In this document: positions 10,795-22,961 of the stretch, one piece after another
How the letters are laid out: each line of letters begins with the position of its first letter
Position numbering within the stretch: the first letter of the stretch is position 1
Origin: Octopus bimaculoides
Lineage: Eukaryota
Length of the DNA stretch: 55,196 nucleotides
Assembly (NCBI RefSeq): GCF_001194135.2
Contig: NC_068996.1
Location: 47,879,009-47,934,204 of the forward strand
Direction of reading: 5' to 3'
Translations under genes and position numbers: made by a program
Notes under the pieces: model-generated
What the model was told of the DNA's origin: nothing
Seen by the model: the letters and a program-made list of their open reading frames with translations, nothing else
Database searches by the model: none

Positions 10795-12284
10795 GGAAAT
10801 ATTAAATCGTATTATTTACTAGATAACTCCCGCGGATGGCTCTAGATTGAGCCTTGGGCCCAACAATGGCACTTCATGCATTGAGTACATATTAAATGTT
10901 ATTAAACTTGAATAATATTTTTCGAACAATTAAGTTTTCATCGAAACAATGAAATAACTTGTCTGTTTGGAACTTATGGCAAAGCTGCATGATAAACATT
11001 TTTGTTCTTCCTATTCGGGGTCAGTTCAAATAGTTTGTTTTCATTCTCATCTCTTGAACAACCAAAATAGAGCTGACCGTGAGAAAAACGGGGTTCCATC
11101 AAATGAAGCCCAGTTACTTGCAATTTGATTGTCCTTGGGACTTATTGACTGACATTGCATAGCTCACTCTCACTGGACATTGAAGTCTTTTGAACTCAAA
11201 AGGAAGATCTGGAGGAGTTAAGGGGATTCTTCGAATCAAAACCTTTACCTTTCTTGAACCAGTAAGGATCTCTGCTTCCAAGAGATGAGGAAGCATCTTC
11301 TTGACAATTAACCTTGTTCCATTACAATACTTTGGAGGATCCAGATTTTTCAATGGCATAACTGGCACATTTTATTTTAGTTCCAGCTTGTGTGATGGCA
11401 TTCCATGAGGTTTCAATGAGTTCATGAACTCTATTTGACAATTCACTGCCTGCTCTTCTTCAACCACAGTATCAATGGAAAAGTACTTCATACTCTCTTT
11501 TGGAATTTCTTGGAGAAATTTCCAGTTGTTGATGTCCAGTTTCATTCTTGAGAGCTAATATGGCCCTCTCACAAAGCCAGTTTGAATCCATGAAATGGAA
11601 TGGTGCTTAATGATTGGATAAACATGGCTATCAAGTCTTGGATACTTGCGACTGAAATTCCACAACCATTTGTTAGTGAAATATCTGTAGTTTGGTCCAT
11701 TTTGATGGTTCCATTGCCAAGCTGCAACAGAAAAGTAGCAAATCTTCCTGCTTCAAGGTCACCTGTGATTCTAACTCTTATGTTTGTTTTCGAGCTGAGT
11801 CTTTTATCATGGCTCCAGATGTAAGAATTTTTCAGGCAATCATTGATTTCATCAGATGGAGGTCCTCTTGCAATGACTGATAATGTTTGTTTAAAACCAC
11901 CAGAGAGTAGCACAATGATACCTGCCATGATTTGTGAATTGTCTAATGTATTGGAATGTTTTGCCCAGGGCTTCAAATGTTCGCTTGTGTGCCATGGTAC
12001 ATTCATTACAGACAATGAAACTTCTTTCCCCCAGTAGTTTAGCTAAGTTGGTTCCTTTCCTGATGTTTCAAATAGTGGTTTCATTGTAGTTCAACTCCAA
12101 TGGAAGTTTGAAAGTGCTGTATGCCTTTCAGGCAAAAGGGTAGCAGAAATTCCAGATGATGCTATTGTTAGGGCTACTTTCTTTGGACTTTCACTGCAGA
12201 TACAAGGTTGGTTATAAAAGTTTTGCCAGTACCTCCAAGTGCATCCAAGAAGAAAATCCCTCCATTGTTGTTATTATCAACAGA

Positions 12285-13804
12285 TATTTGTTTATTAGCC
12301 ACAGGGACCCAATATAGAAGGGGCTGCACAAGGACAGACAACACAACGTGGAGACATAAAAATATGAACAGATGAATGAAATGAATTATAAAATAGAGGA
12401 TGAAATGGCTGTTCCTACCCCACTATGGAGTAGACCACTTGACTGTTTTGTTTATTTTTTACACAGTTGATCAATTATCAAGAACACTTTTTCCATACTT
12501 TCTGCACATATGGTTGTGATGCAAGTGCCTGATGCACCCTTATCAGACGGGTGGTTATGACTGGTATACTGAGCTTCGTATATTTTACTCCGCTTTGATC
12601 GCACGCACTGCTTTCTCAGTAATAGTAATAGTGGTTGTAAATTTTGTCACAAGTGCATCAATTTTGGTGGAGAGTATGAGTCGATTACAGCTACCCCAGT
12701 GCTTAACCGGCACTTATTTTATCGACCCGAAAGGATTTTATCGACCCCGAAAGGACTATTCCATGTCCCAGTGGGTCTGTTTTTCCAAAATTTTTCGTGT
12801 TGTCGCTCATAATTTTCAGTGTCAACAACAGCACACATCGTTTCCTCTGGGTAATTCTTTGGTAGCATATTCACTTTTGTAGCTATTTTTATTTTGTCTA
12901 ACTTCTTCTCAATGGCCGAGCTCTTTGTATAGAACATAAAATATTTCTTTTTTTATGCTCGGCCAGAGATGCTTAGGTGTGTTTGTTTTGTGTCATCAGG
13001 TACTTCTATGCTTTCAGGGACCTCATTAGATCCGATTGGGTGGCCCGGCTAATTGACTCCAGGCCGTAACCCTACCAATTAACTGTTTAGTTCTGGTTGC
13101 TTGTATAACTTTCGCCTACTCTTTCGTATTGGCAAGTATGGCTGCTGCTATCCAAGTCTATCTAATGTCTGGCGGAATGCTGCTAATCCTAACTCTAAAG
13201 ATGCGTTTCCCGCAGCCATTCGTCTGTCCTTATTAGTACAGTGGAGTGTTTGAATGCCACCTCTTTGAAAGCAAACCTTACTTCCACTGTACCGTATCTC
13301 CTTTCTCTGGTGTAGGAGGAGATGTCTCTTCTCACCATATCTAAGCACTTTTCAATATCATCCTCCGGTGTTATCTCTATTTTCTTCCTTTTTCAAGTAC
13401 AGAGTTCTGTACATGACCGTACGTCTTCTCACACTTTCGGCTGCTTCTTCTGGAAGGGTCAACTTTGCGTTCGACCCTTCCCTTTCTATCAATTACATGC
13501 AGCCACTCAGTGTTTCTTCGTGAATAATGACTTTCCACATTTACAACTGCTTCACTATGGTTCCTTTCTCTGCTGCAGACGCGTAGCTTCCGGCTCGCGC
13601 GCCCTCACGCTCAACATCCATTTCGAACATTTTTCCTACCCCAAATAGGGGGAAAAAATTTCAAAAAAAAACAAAAAAAAAAACACAAGCTTGCTGAACA
13701 AGCTATGCGTTTTTAAACACACAGTAAGAATTTGAATAAAAATTCCATAATTCTGGACACGAAGCTTCGAACACAATCAGTCACATTAACTTCAACTGAA
13801 CATT
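12285..13804 (-). mobile_element. ORF1-only L1/Tx1-like retroelement (~1.4 kb without its nested SINE) with TSD ACAGA
   Basis: ACAGA at 12280-12284 and 13805-13809; removing the insert joins Helitron ..LIL to SVDNNNNGGIFFLD (one -1 frameshift beside the junction). ORF1 remnant MFEMDVEREGARAGSYASAA..KLTLPEEAAESVRRRTV..RRYGTVEVRF..KHSTVLIRTDEWL..VPESIEVPD..SISGR..KELGH. No RT or endonuclease motifs; tail ends CCCTGTGGCTAATAAACAAATA. Confidence 0.7.
12618..12755 (-). mobile_element. 5'-truncated SINE family B nested in the ORF1-only element
   Basis: TTTATCGACCC(C)GAAAGGA (duplicated), CCCCAGTG and the tail CTCTCCACCAAAATT..CTTGTGACAAAATTT. Confidence 0.75.
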
Positions 13805-16019
13805 ACAGACTAAGGATTAGTCAATGGGAGGGCTCTTGGTTCAACAGGGACTCATTGTTTTGAACACTTTGTCACAGTTCTTCCATTTTACATCTTGTTT
13901 CTCACAAAATTTCTGTTCATTTGTCCAGTTTCTCTGTTTGGTTTTGGCAGACCAAAATTGCTGAGATCTCTTTAAGCCAAGTTCATCACTTTGTCTTCAA
14001 TTTCATAGAGTGCTTAATTTGTAGTCTGAGGATTCATTTCCAATCCTGGATGAAAAATATCCTCACTGAGTCTCTTGATATTTTCCCCAAAGAGTAACTG
14101 GGTTGAAAGTTCGCAGATGGCAATCATTACTGCAAACCGATCTCTGGCTTGTTTTGGACAATTTGTTGCAGTTGCTTCCTCCAGAGTCATATCCTAATGA
14201 TGATCATCTTCTGTAAAGCCAAGCTCTATACATGTTTGTAAGTCCCTTGACAACTCCATCAATTTTTCTCGAGTTTTGAAATGGTGTTGGGCCCCTTTAT
14301 GCAATGAAGCAGCATTCTGAGAAAGAAGCATTCAGGATTTCTTGGATGGACTCCAAGTACATTTCCCATTTTGGTTCCAGATTCAGTTGGATGAGGTTCT
14401 TGCTTCTTCCTCTGCAATTTTTCAGCTTTTGTAGGTGTAGTATTTGAAAACTTCAGGTTACAGGATTGTTCTTGCAAAGTCATCACAGTTCGAAAAATGC
14501 CATTAGTGTTGCGTTCTTAATAGTTTCAGTCGTCAGTTCTCTTGCATTTTCTTCTGTGAAATAAACTTTGTTCATTTTCCAAGTGAACTGACAGCTGCTG
14601 AATTGAAGGCCTTCGGTCATGAATTGGAAAGCTAAGGATTGTCCAGGCAGCCTCAATGGAAGAGATGCATCGGCCTATTTGAAACTTTTGTACTTTACAT
14701 TGATTTTCCAGACCAAATACTGCTTGGTCACTTCCCTTGTCAATGTATTTACATATTTAATTGACTTCATACTGTTGCAGTACTCTGCATTTATGTGAGC
14801 ACCAAATGCTTTGCTTAGTCGCAGGCAAAAAGGAACAACCCACCGATTGTCAATGACACTTTCTTGTGCTCTATTATTCTGAGTGGAAGTGTGACTCCCT
14901 TCTGGCTTTTTTCTTTTGTATTTCAGATAGCCATCGAGACCAGACTGAGTCTCTTTGGTAAACTCATTTGGAAAGTTCTTGCTACACTTCTTGTCAGTCA
15001 TGCAAAGAGATTCATGATTGAGAGAACCACATGGGCCATGAATCATGTTCTTCTTGATGATTTCAAAAAGGAATGGATCTTTAATGGGATTTGTTAGCTC
15101 AGTGCTGATGATTGCATCAATTTGATTTGGATTGATTTTCCCTTTGAACCAAACCAACAGATGGCAATGAGGCAGTCCTCTTTTCTGTCACTCAACGGTG
15201 CACATGTGAGCCCAGTCTGCTCAAAAAACTTGTCCTTTCCTAACTAGATTCAACAGTTTGTCAACTTTCAGCTTAAATACTCGAGATACAATGTCATGAC
15301 GGTCAGTAGCAGATTGTCCTATCAAATGGCGAGTTATTTCTTGCCATAATGAGTTGCAGGTAAAGGTAATGGAGAGGTCAGGTTTCCCAAGATTTCTGAC
15401 ATAGGTAATTCCATCTTGAGTCTTCTCATGCATGTACTTCTCACCTTCTATAAATGATAGAATTACTTTCTTTCCAGTGTTGAGTGGATTACAATAATTT
15501 TGAACAGCATTTTAGAGATGAATGTAGGTTTCCGCTCGAAGTTCTCGTTGGTGGCATGTGATAGAAACCTGTTTTACCCCAGTAATCCTCTGTAATTTCC
15601 CCTCTATTTTTTCCAGTTTCAAGGTCAATCTGTTTAAAAAGTTCGATAATTCTTCTGCCACCACTTTGTTTAAAGCCAATTTGATGTACGTAGGTCCTGA
15701 CTTTTGTTCCCATATTTATTTCCAAGTTATAAAAATTCGTCACAAAAAAACAAAATGTAAAAAAAATCGAAAACAAACAATAGCAGTAATGAAAACTTGG
15801 GAATCCAAAATTTCAGGATTGCGGAATGATTTTGCCTTACTTACGGAGTCGGCCTTTAGATTATAAAAATTATCGTACAAAGCAATTCGTCACAAAAAAT
15901 AACGTAAAAGAGAAAAATTGCTGAAAACAATAGCTGGATTTCGCAATTTCGATTATTCCCAAAATTTACTTCCAAGTTATAAAATTTGTTATCGTACAAA
16001 ACATTTGCCGAGTATTTGA

Positions 16020-16312
16020 TAGATGGTGATGAGGACCTCCTGCAATATGCCGCAAATCATATGTTTGTAAATGCAGATGAAATGATAGGCAAGGCAGAGT
16101 TTAACCAAAGAGCTAAGGAGAAGAGAAAAGAATACCTTCTTTAAATAAGAATGCATGGACAGTTTGAAAGGAATAAACAGGACGTTAAGGTTAATACAGC
16201 ATCGTGGGCATGGCTTGAGCGAGGTGAATTGAAGCGTACCACTGAGAGCCTGATCATTGCTGCACAAGACCAGGCTCTCGCTACCAATTCAGTGAAGTAT
16301 AACATCCATTGA
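16020..16312 (+). mobile_element. R4/Dong-like LINE ORF fragment (region after the RT)
   Basis: MHGQFERNKQDVKVNTASWAWLERGELKRTTESLIIAAQDQALATNSVKYNIH. Confidence 0.8.
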
Positions 16313-16619
16313 ATACTAAGAGTTGGTTCAAAGGTCAATGACGGTATATGACTATACAATATATGATGTGGGGTTTAAAGAATGAATTTAAACAGTAAAA
16401 TAACGAAGAAAAATTTCAGCCAAAAAATCCCCCAGAAGGGTGGGAGCTACTCCTGGAAACTCCACAGAACCACGGTCGCCACTAAACCAACTGTCATCTC
16501 CCCATTCATTTTCCTCGTTCAATCTACGGGTGTATTCTCAAAGCAAGCCCATTCACTCAGGTTATTCTAGTCTCATTCAGCCACTTTTCAATTTACTGGA
16601 AGGCAGCAGTTACCTCTCC

Positions 16620-16790
16620 GGTGACATGGAGAGATGAGGCTGGTATGTATGCCTGGGTGATTCCTAGTCTTCTATAAACAAATCTTGTCGGGACTTGTGC
16701 CTTGGAGGGAGGGGAACTTTCTTGGTGCAATCCCATGGTCATTCATCACCGAAGGGAGATTTTATCCTTTCATTGGGGTACTTAGAATGA
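16620..16790 (+). mobile_element. 3' tail shared with SINE family C
   Basis: GGCTGGTATG..GTCTTCTATAAACAA..GGACTTGTGCC..GCAATCCCATGGTCATTCATCACCGAAGG matches the reverse complement of 26423-26545. Confidence 0.75.
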
Positions 16791-17051
16791 TACTAAAATA
16801 AACAAAACAAATACAGAGACCTAATTCTTTGCAGCCCCCAAATAAGTTAATAGCAAAACATCGTACTTATGGGTACCTCACATATTTCATGTAAATTCCT
16901 GGCCCAGTAAACGCAAATTAATTCATTCGGTTGTTTCACAAATCTTATTTTAAAATAAGTTTTGCTTAACACAGACATCAATTTTTCAGTTGCATCAGTT
17001 TTCACTATTCTTTATTATTATTTGTTTGTTTTATCTAGCTATTTTTTAATC

Positions 17052-17270
17052 TTTTATTATTTACTTGTTACAGTCATTGGACTGCGGTCATGCTAGGGCA
17101 CCACTTTGAAGAATTTTTTATCCTATGAATCAGCCCTCATATTTGTTTTTGTTTTTTTTTAAAGCCCAATACTTATTTTATTGCCCTCGTATCTCAAACT
17201 GCTAAGTTACGTGGTCGTAAAAACACCAACACCAGTCATTAAGCGGTGTTGGTGGATAAACATACACACA
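17052..17270 (-). mobile_element. SINE family A, 3' half
   Basis: TTTTACTTGTTACAGTCATTGGACTGCGGTCATGCTAGGGCACC..AAGTTACGTGG..AAACACCAACACC. Confidence 0.8.
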
Positions 17271-17271
17271 A

Positions 17272-17710
17272 CAGTGCCGGTGTAGTATGTGTGCTACATG
17301 CCATCGTGATCTACAGCAACTTAAATCTAGACTAGCTTGTGATCTACATTCAAAATTTTGTTTTTCCGCCATTTCTCCCACATTTGTTGCATGGATCAAA
17401 ATCTCCATGTTCACCAAGGAGTTCATAGCGTCGGAGAAATTCTATTGCAACTTCTTCATATTGATTAACCTGTGTGTAAAATTCTTTTGCTCTCGTCACA
17501 ACTTCTTTCGATGGGTTCAGTACTAAAAGTGCTTAAATCGTAATTTTTTTGTTTGGTTTATATACCAAACTACCCACAAGTCGAGTAAATAGATGAATTT
17601 TAAATGTAGATCAAAAAGTCGGTGTAGATCACAAACTATACCATTTGTACTAATGTAGATCAGAAGCTATACCAGAAACATGTATGTAGATCACGTACTA
17701 CACCGGCACC
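17272..17710. mobile_element. Putative hAT-like MITE with ~24-bp imperfect TIRs and subterminal GATCTACA/TGTAGATC repeats
   Basis: Left CAGTGCCGGTGTAGTATGTG; right CACGTACTACACCGGCAC. No TSD found. Confidence 0.5.
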
Positions 17711-17711
17711 C

Positions 17712-18766
17712 ATCTACATGTCTATCCATCTCTCAGCCTCCGCCGCCGCGACGACATCATCATCGAGCCGGCAGACAAAGGTGGAACAGTGGTAGTGTGG
17801 CGCGCATACCTTTACAGAGAGGAAGCGCTCGGCCAGCTTCATAATCCCCTCTTCTACCGCCTCCATCCCCTCCGACTCCACCCCCTCCTACCAACNNNNN
17901 NNNNNNNNNNNNNNNNNNNNNNNNNNNNNNNNNNNNNNNNNNNNNNNNNNNNNNNNNNNNNNNNNNNNNNNNNNNNNNNNNNNNNNNNNNNNNNNNNNNN
18001 NNNNNNNNNNNNNNNNNNNNNNNNNNNNNNNNNNNNNNNNNNNNNNNNNNNNNNNNNNNNNNNNNNNNNNNNNNNNNNNNNNNNNNNNATCCACAAACCT
18101 AACAACCCTGGCCGCCCTATTGTCTCTGCTTGTAATTGCCCACCGAACTCATTTCCAAATACCTAGACCATATCCTGTCCCTTTTAGTTGCTGCCCTCCC
18201 ATCTCACGTACACGACACTAACCACGCCCTTCGCCTCCTCAATTCCTTTTCTTCACCCTGGATATCAAATCCCTATACACCGTGATTCCCCACAACGATG
18301 GTCTCTCAGCCCTCCAATACTTCCTCGACCGCCGCCTTGACCCACACCTAGCATCCTGCTACGTCTGGCAGAACTTGTCCTCACCCTCAACTGCTTCACG
18401 TTCGCCGGAGAAACTTACCAACATTGTCTGGTGTCGAGATGGGAACGAGAATGGGCCCCAATTACGCCAACCCACTTGTTGGTTACATTGAGGCCCAGGT
18501 ATTCTCCCAATTCACCGGTCCGACCCCAGAACTATACAGTCGCTACATAGATGACTGTATAGGAGCCACCTCTCTCTCCCGCGAACAACTCTGCCTTTTC
18601 ATCTCCTTCCTCTCCAACTTCCACCTTGCTCTTGAATTTATTTCTACCATCTCTGACACCGCTGTTAACTTCCTCGACATCTCTCTTTCCATCAACCTCC
18701 CCCTTCAACTCTCTCACTACCTCCACCTTCTTCAAACCCACTGATTCCCACCTCAACTTCTCCTCC
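17712..18766 (+). mobile_element. Penelope-like element reverse transcriptase remnant (partly in N-gaps)
   Basis: DIIIEPADKGGTVVVW; IHKPNNPGRPIVSACNCP; DIKSLYTVIPHNDGL; GVEMGTRMGPNYAN; YSRYIDDCIG; VNFLDISLSI. Frameshifted; a GIY-YIG domain is not visible (would fall in the gap). Confidence 0.9.
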
Positions 18767-19244
18767 NNNNNNNNNNNNNNNNNNNNNNNNNNNNNNNNNN
18801 NNNNNNNNNNNNNNNNNNNNNNNNNNNNNNNNNNNNNNNNNNNNNNNNNNNNNNNNNNNNNNNNNNNNNNNNNNNNNNNNNNNNNNNNNNNNNNNNNNNN
18901 NNNNNNNNNNNNNNNNNNNNNNNNNNNNNNNNNNNNNNNNNNNNNNNNNNNNNNNNNNNNNNNNNNNNNNNNNNNNNNNNNNNNNNNNNNNNNNNNNNNN
19001 NNNNNNNNNNNNNNNNNNNNNNNNNNNNNNNNNNNNNNNNNNNNNNNNNNNNNNNNNNNNNNNNNNNNNNNNNNNNNNNNNNNNNNNNNNNNNNNNNNNN
19101 NNNNNNNNNNNNNNNNNNNNNNNNNNNNNNNNNNNNNNNNNNNNNNNNNNNNNNNNNNNNNNNNNNNNNNNNNNNNNNNNNNNNNNNNNNNNNNNNNNNN
19201 NNNNNNNNNNNNNNNNNNNNNNNNNNNNNNNNNNNNNNNNNNNN

Positions 19245-19287
<43 letters not shown>

Positions 19288-19975
19288 TCACTCACTCACT
19301 CACTCACTCACTCAGCATACAATGACACACACAAGGGCAGAAATGACACACGCACTTGCACGCACGTACGTAAGCAAACGCATGCACACACGCGCATACA
19401 CAGGAACGCACATATACACACACACACTCACAAACACACGTATACGCGCACGCACGTACACAGGAACGCACATATACACAACATACACACGCGCACGCAC
19501 AAAAATATACACATACACGCACGCAGACACACATATACACACACACAAGCGCACGCACATCCACGCACACACACATGCACGCACGCAAGCACATACATAT
19601 ACACATGCATAGGCACGAAAAATGCACATATACCTCCACACACGAACACTCATCACACGCACACCCATACATATGCACATAAAAGACACATACACGCACA
19701 CATGTACAAAGGATCTCACATACACACACATGCAAATGAACCCACACATAACTCACACACAACACACACTCACTCACACACACCCAAGTACACATGCATA
19801 CACACACAACAAACATTAACACATACACGCACTTAAGTATACATACATGGACTTACACACTACGCACATACACGCACACTCTCACACACACAAAATAACT
19901 CACGTGCGATCCAGAGAGCAAACCGCACGCATACACACACACACACGTACACACACACGGACCCGCGCGCACGCA
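19245..19975. repeat. Long degenerate (CA)n-derived tract
   Basis: Direct reading. Confidence 0.9.
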
Positions 19976-19979
19976 CTCA

Positions 19980-20225
19980 TACTTACCTTCCTCTATTGTA
20001 CTCTGCTGTCTTAGAACTTTTTCTCCACCCTTTCCCTTCCGGTCATTCCACAATGTAACCTCGTGGATATCGTTGGCAATTATTTTTTCCGAAGAAGAGC
20101 TCCGCTCGAAACGTCGAATTCTCTTTCTTTCCTTTCCCGAGCGTCCAGTAACACAATCTGTATCATGTCCTCGCGTTGTTGATTTTTGTTGTTGTTTTTT
20201 TTTTTGTCGTTTTTCTGTTTTGAAC
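19980..20225 (+). mobile_element. Penelope-type pseudo-LTR with a minimal hammerhead-like core (20089-20115)
   Basis: CCGAAGA-A-GAGC tcc GCTC-GAAACGTC; homologous to 40070-40265; lies downstream of the PLE RT. Confidence 0.7.
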
Positions 20226-21164
20226 ATATATATANNNNNNNNNNNNNNNNNNNNNNNNNNNNNNNNNNNNNNNNNNNNNNNNNNNNNNNNNNNNNNNNNN
20301 NNNNNNNNNNNNNNNNNNNNNNNNNNNNNNNNNNNNNNNNNNNNNNNNNNNNNNNNNNNNNNNNNNNNNNNNNNNNNNNNNNNNNNNNNNNNNNNNNNNN
20401 NNNNNNNNNNNNNNNNNNNNNNNNNNNNNNNNNNNNNNNNNNNNNNNNNNNNNNNNNNNNNNNNNNNNNNNNNNNNNNNNNNNNNNNNNNNNNNNNNNNN
20501 NNNNNNNNNNNNNNNNNNNNNNNNNNNNNNNNNNNNNNNNNNNNNNNNNNNNNNNNNNNNNNNNNNNNNNNNNNNNNNNNNNNNNNNNNNNNNNNNNNNN
20601 NNNNNNNNNNNNNNNNNNNNNNNNNNNNNNNNNNNNNNNNNNNNNNNNNNNNNNNNNNNNNNNNNNNNNNNNNNNNNNNNNNNNNNNNNNNNNNNNNNNN
20701 NNNNNNNNNNNNNNNNNNNNNNNNNNNNNNNNNNNNNNNNNNNNNNNNNNNNNNNNNNNNNNNNNNNNNNNNNNNNNNNNNNNNNNNNNNNNNNNNNNNN
20801 NNNNNNNNNNNNNNNNNNNNNNNNNNNNNNNNNNNNNNNNNNNNNNNNNNNNNNNNNNNNNNNNNNNNNNNNNNNNNNNNNNNNNNNNNNNNNNNNNNNN
20901 NNNNNNNNNNNNNNNNNNNNNNNNNNNNNNNNNNNNNNNNNNNNNNNNNNNNNNNNNNNNNNNNNNNNNNNNNNNNNNNNNNNNNNNNNNNNNNNNNNNN
21001 NNNNNNNNNNNNNNNNNNNNNNNNNNNNNNNNNNNNNNNNNNNNNNNNNNNNNNNNNNNNNNNNNNNNNNNNNNNNNNNNNNNNNNNNNNNNNNNNNNNN
21101 NNNNNNNNNNNNNNNNNNNNNNNNNNNNNNNNNNNNNNNNNNNNNNNNNNNNNNNNNNNNNNNN

Positions 21165-21202
<38 letters not shown>

Positions 21203-21331
21203 TATTCGCCACCGTCCTCACCATCTCTGTGCCTACTATTACTCTCAGACCATCGTGAGGAATAGTAGGAGTGTCATTGAATAGAGAAAGAGGCGGTCTA
21301 AGTCTGACACAGAAATTAGCTTTCGCATTTA

Positions 21332-21365
<34 letters not shown>

Positions 21366-21659
21366 ATATACGAATGTAAATAAATAGACATTCATACATA
21401 TATTACAGACTCCATTATTTTGTTTATTTGTGTGTGGGTGTCTGTATACATCTCACCCCACACGCGTCTATATATATATGTGTGTGTGCGTATATATAGA
21501 GATGTATGTAATTATACGTACTACATATATATCTTTATGCATATATGTATCTCTGTCTCTCATATATATATATATACACACACACATGTTTGTGTATACA
21601 TATATGTATACCCATACACGCATATATATGGGGACGAAGAGGAAGCGTTAGGAGAAGGA

Positions 21660-22410
21660 TATTGGTAGTGTTTGTGATCGTGAATTCGAAGCCGGTGGCA
21701 AGAGGTGAAGATCACGATTTAAGGGCATGTTTGATGGTAACCGAGGTGTTTGCGGAGGTGTTGTTAACCTGAGCCGATAGCAATGTGATTGTAGCAACGC
21801 TGGATGCTGATGGTGTGGTGGAGGGATGGGGCTGGTTGTTGATATTGTTTTTGTTGTTGTTGTTGTTGTTGTTTTTATTGTTGTTGTTTTTATTGTTGTT
21901 GGCGGTTGGAATGGAATTGATAATTCTGGCTGGATGTGCTATGCCGGGCGGCGCGATATGACCGCCTGTCGATGGAGATGACGGTGATCACGATTATTGA
22001 CGGTGGTGCCGTCGTTGCTGAGGCTGTTGTTGGTGATGTGGGTGTTAGCTGCAGTACTAACTGTGTTGGTGGTGGGTGTCGTTGATGGAGGTAGAAACGG
22101 TAGCATTTGTCTTGCAGTAGGGATTGGGGGGAAGTTACTACTCTTTTACTAACAACGACTGCTACTCTCACTGACCATTACTACTGCTGCTGCTGCCACC
22201 GCGGCCACCACCACTACTACTACTACCACCACTACTACAACCACCACTACAACCAATAATATTACTACCATCACCGCCGTTACTGCTGCTGCTACCGCCA
22301 ATACTACTACCACTAATAATAATAGTGATAATAATACAGCCACCACCACCACTATCACCGCCACTACTACTGCAACTACTGCTGCTGCTCCTACTACTAC
22401 TAACTATGCC
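21660..22410. repeat. Compound GTT/GGT and ACT/ACC/GCT trinucleotide low-complexity region
   Basis: Direct reading. Confidence 0.8.
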
Positions 22411-22961
22411 TACAAGCAGTTATTGTTGGTAATATTGTGGATGAACTTATCAATTTGCAATCAGAATATCCGGACAGCTGGGAAAATAAACGATGTCCGA
22501 TTCGGAAAATTAGTCGGAATTTGAAATAATACGTTTATTGAAGTCCATAGCTGAAAACACGTCTTCCCACGCAGGCCAGCGCATGCGTACACACGCACTC
22601 AGCAGGCATATACGCGCACACACATACACATACACCCCCCATTCAGATAAAAACATGGAAACATACTGTATATGAACATGAGCGCATAGTCACATACACA
22701 GATATATAATATACATACAAACACATTCAGGCTCCCTCACACTCATAGGCACTCACGCATTCGTTCTGTCTGTCTGTCTGTCTCACGCATACACACACAG
22801 ACACCGACACGCTCCCTGACACACACGCAAACACGATCTGAGAGAACGTGGGAGCATATTCCTGTCCATTTGACTTGCTAGAAATAACAGTTATATCTCC
22901 CTGAGATCAAACGTATGTCTTGGAACGGAAACAGGACACGTAAGAGAATGTGTTCCATATA

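Larger units (their letters stand above)
10819..15600 (-). mobile_element. Degraded autonomous-type Helitron (Rep/HUH plus PIF1-family helicase), 5'-truncated, interrupted at 12285-13804
   Basis: Rep motifs KPDLSITFTCN, VE*QKRGLPHCHLLVW, NMIHGPCG, DNRWVVP, HINAEYC. Helicase GIFFLDALGGTGKTF, ASSGISATLL, LLQLGNG, CNGTRL, YAMSVNKSQGQS, FSHGQLY; stop at 10974-10976; CTAG|T at 10819-10822 with a degraded GC-rich hairpin. Many stops and frameshifts. Confidence 0.95.

Noticed and set aside
18626-21395. Long ORF-track entries (300-410 aa) here and at 30.7-31.8 and 38.8-39.9 kb
   Set aside because: Artefacts of N-runs and dinucleotide repeats.
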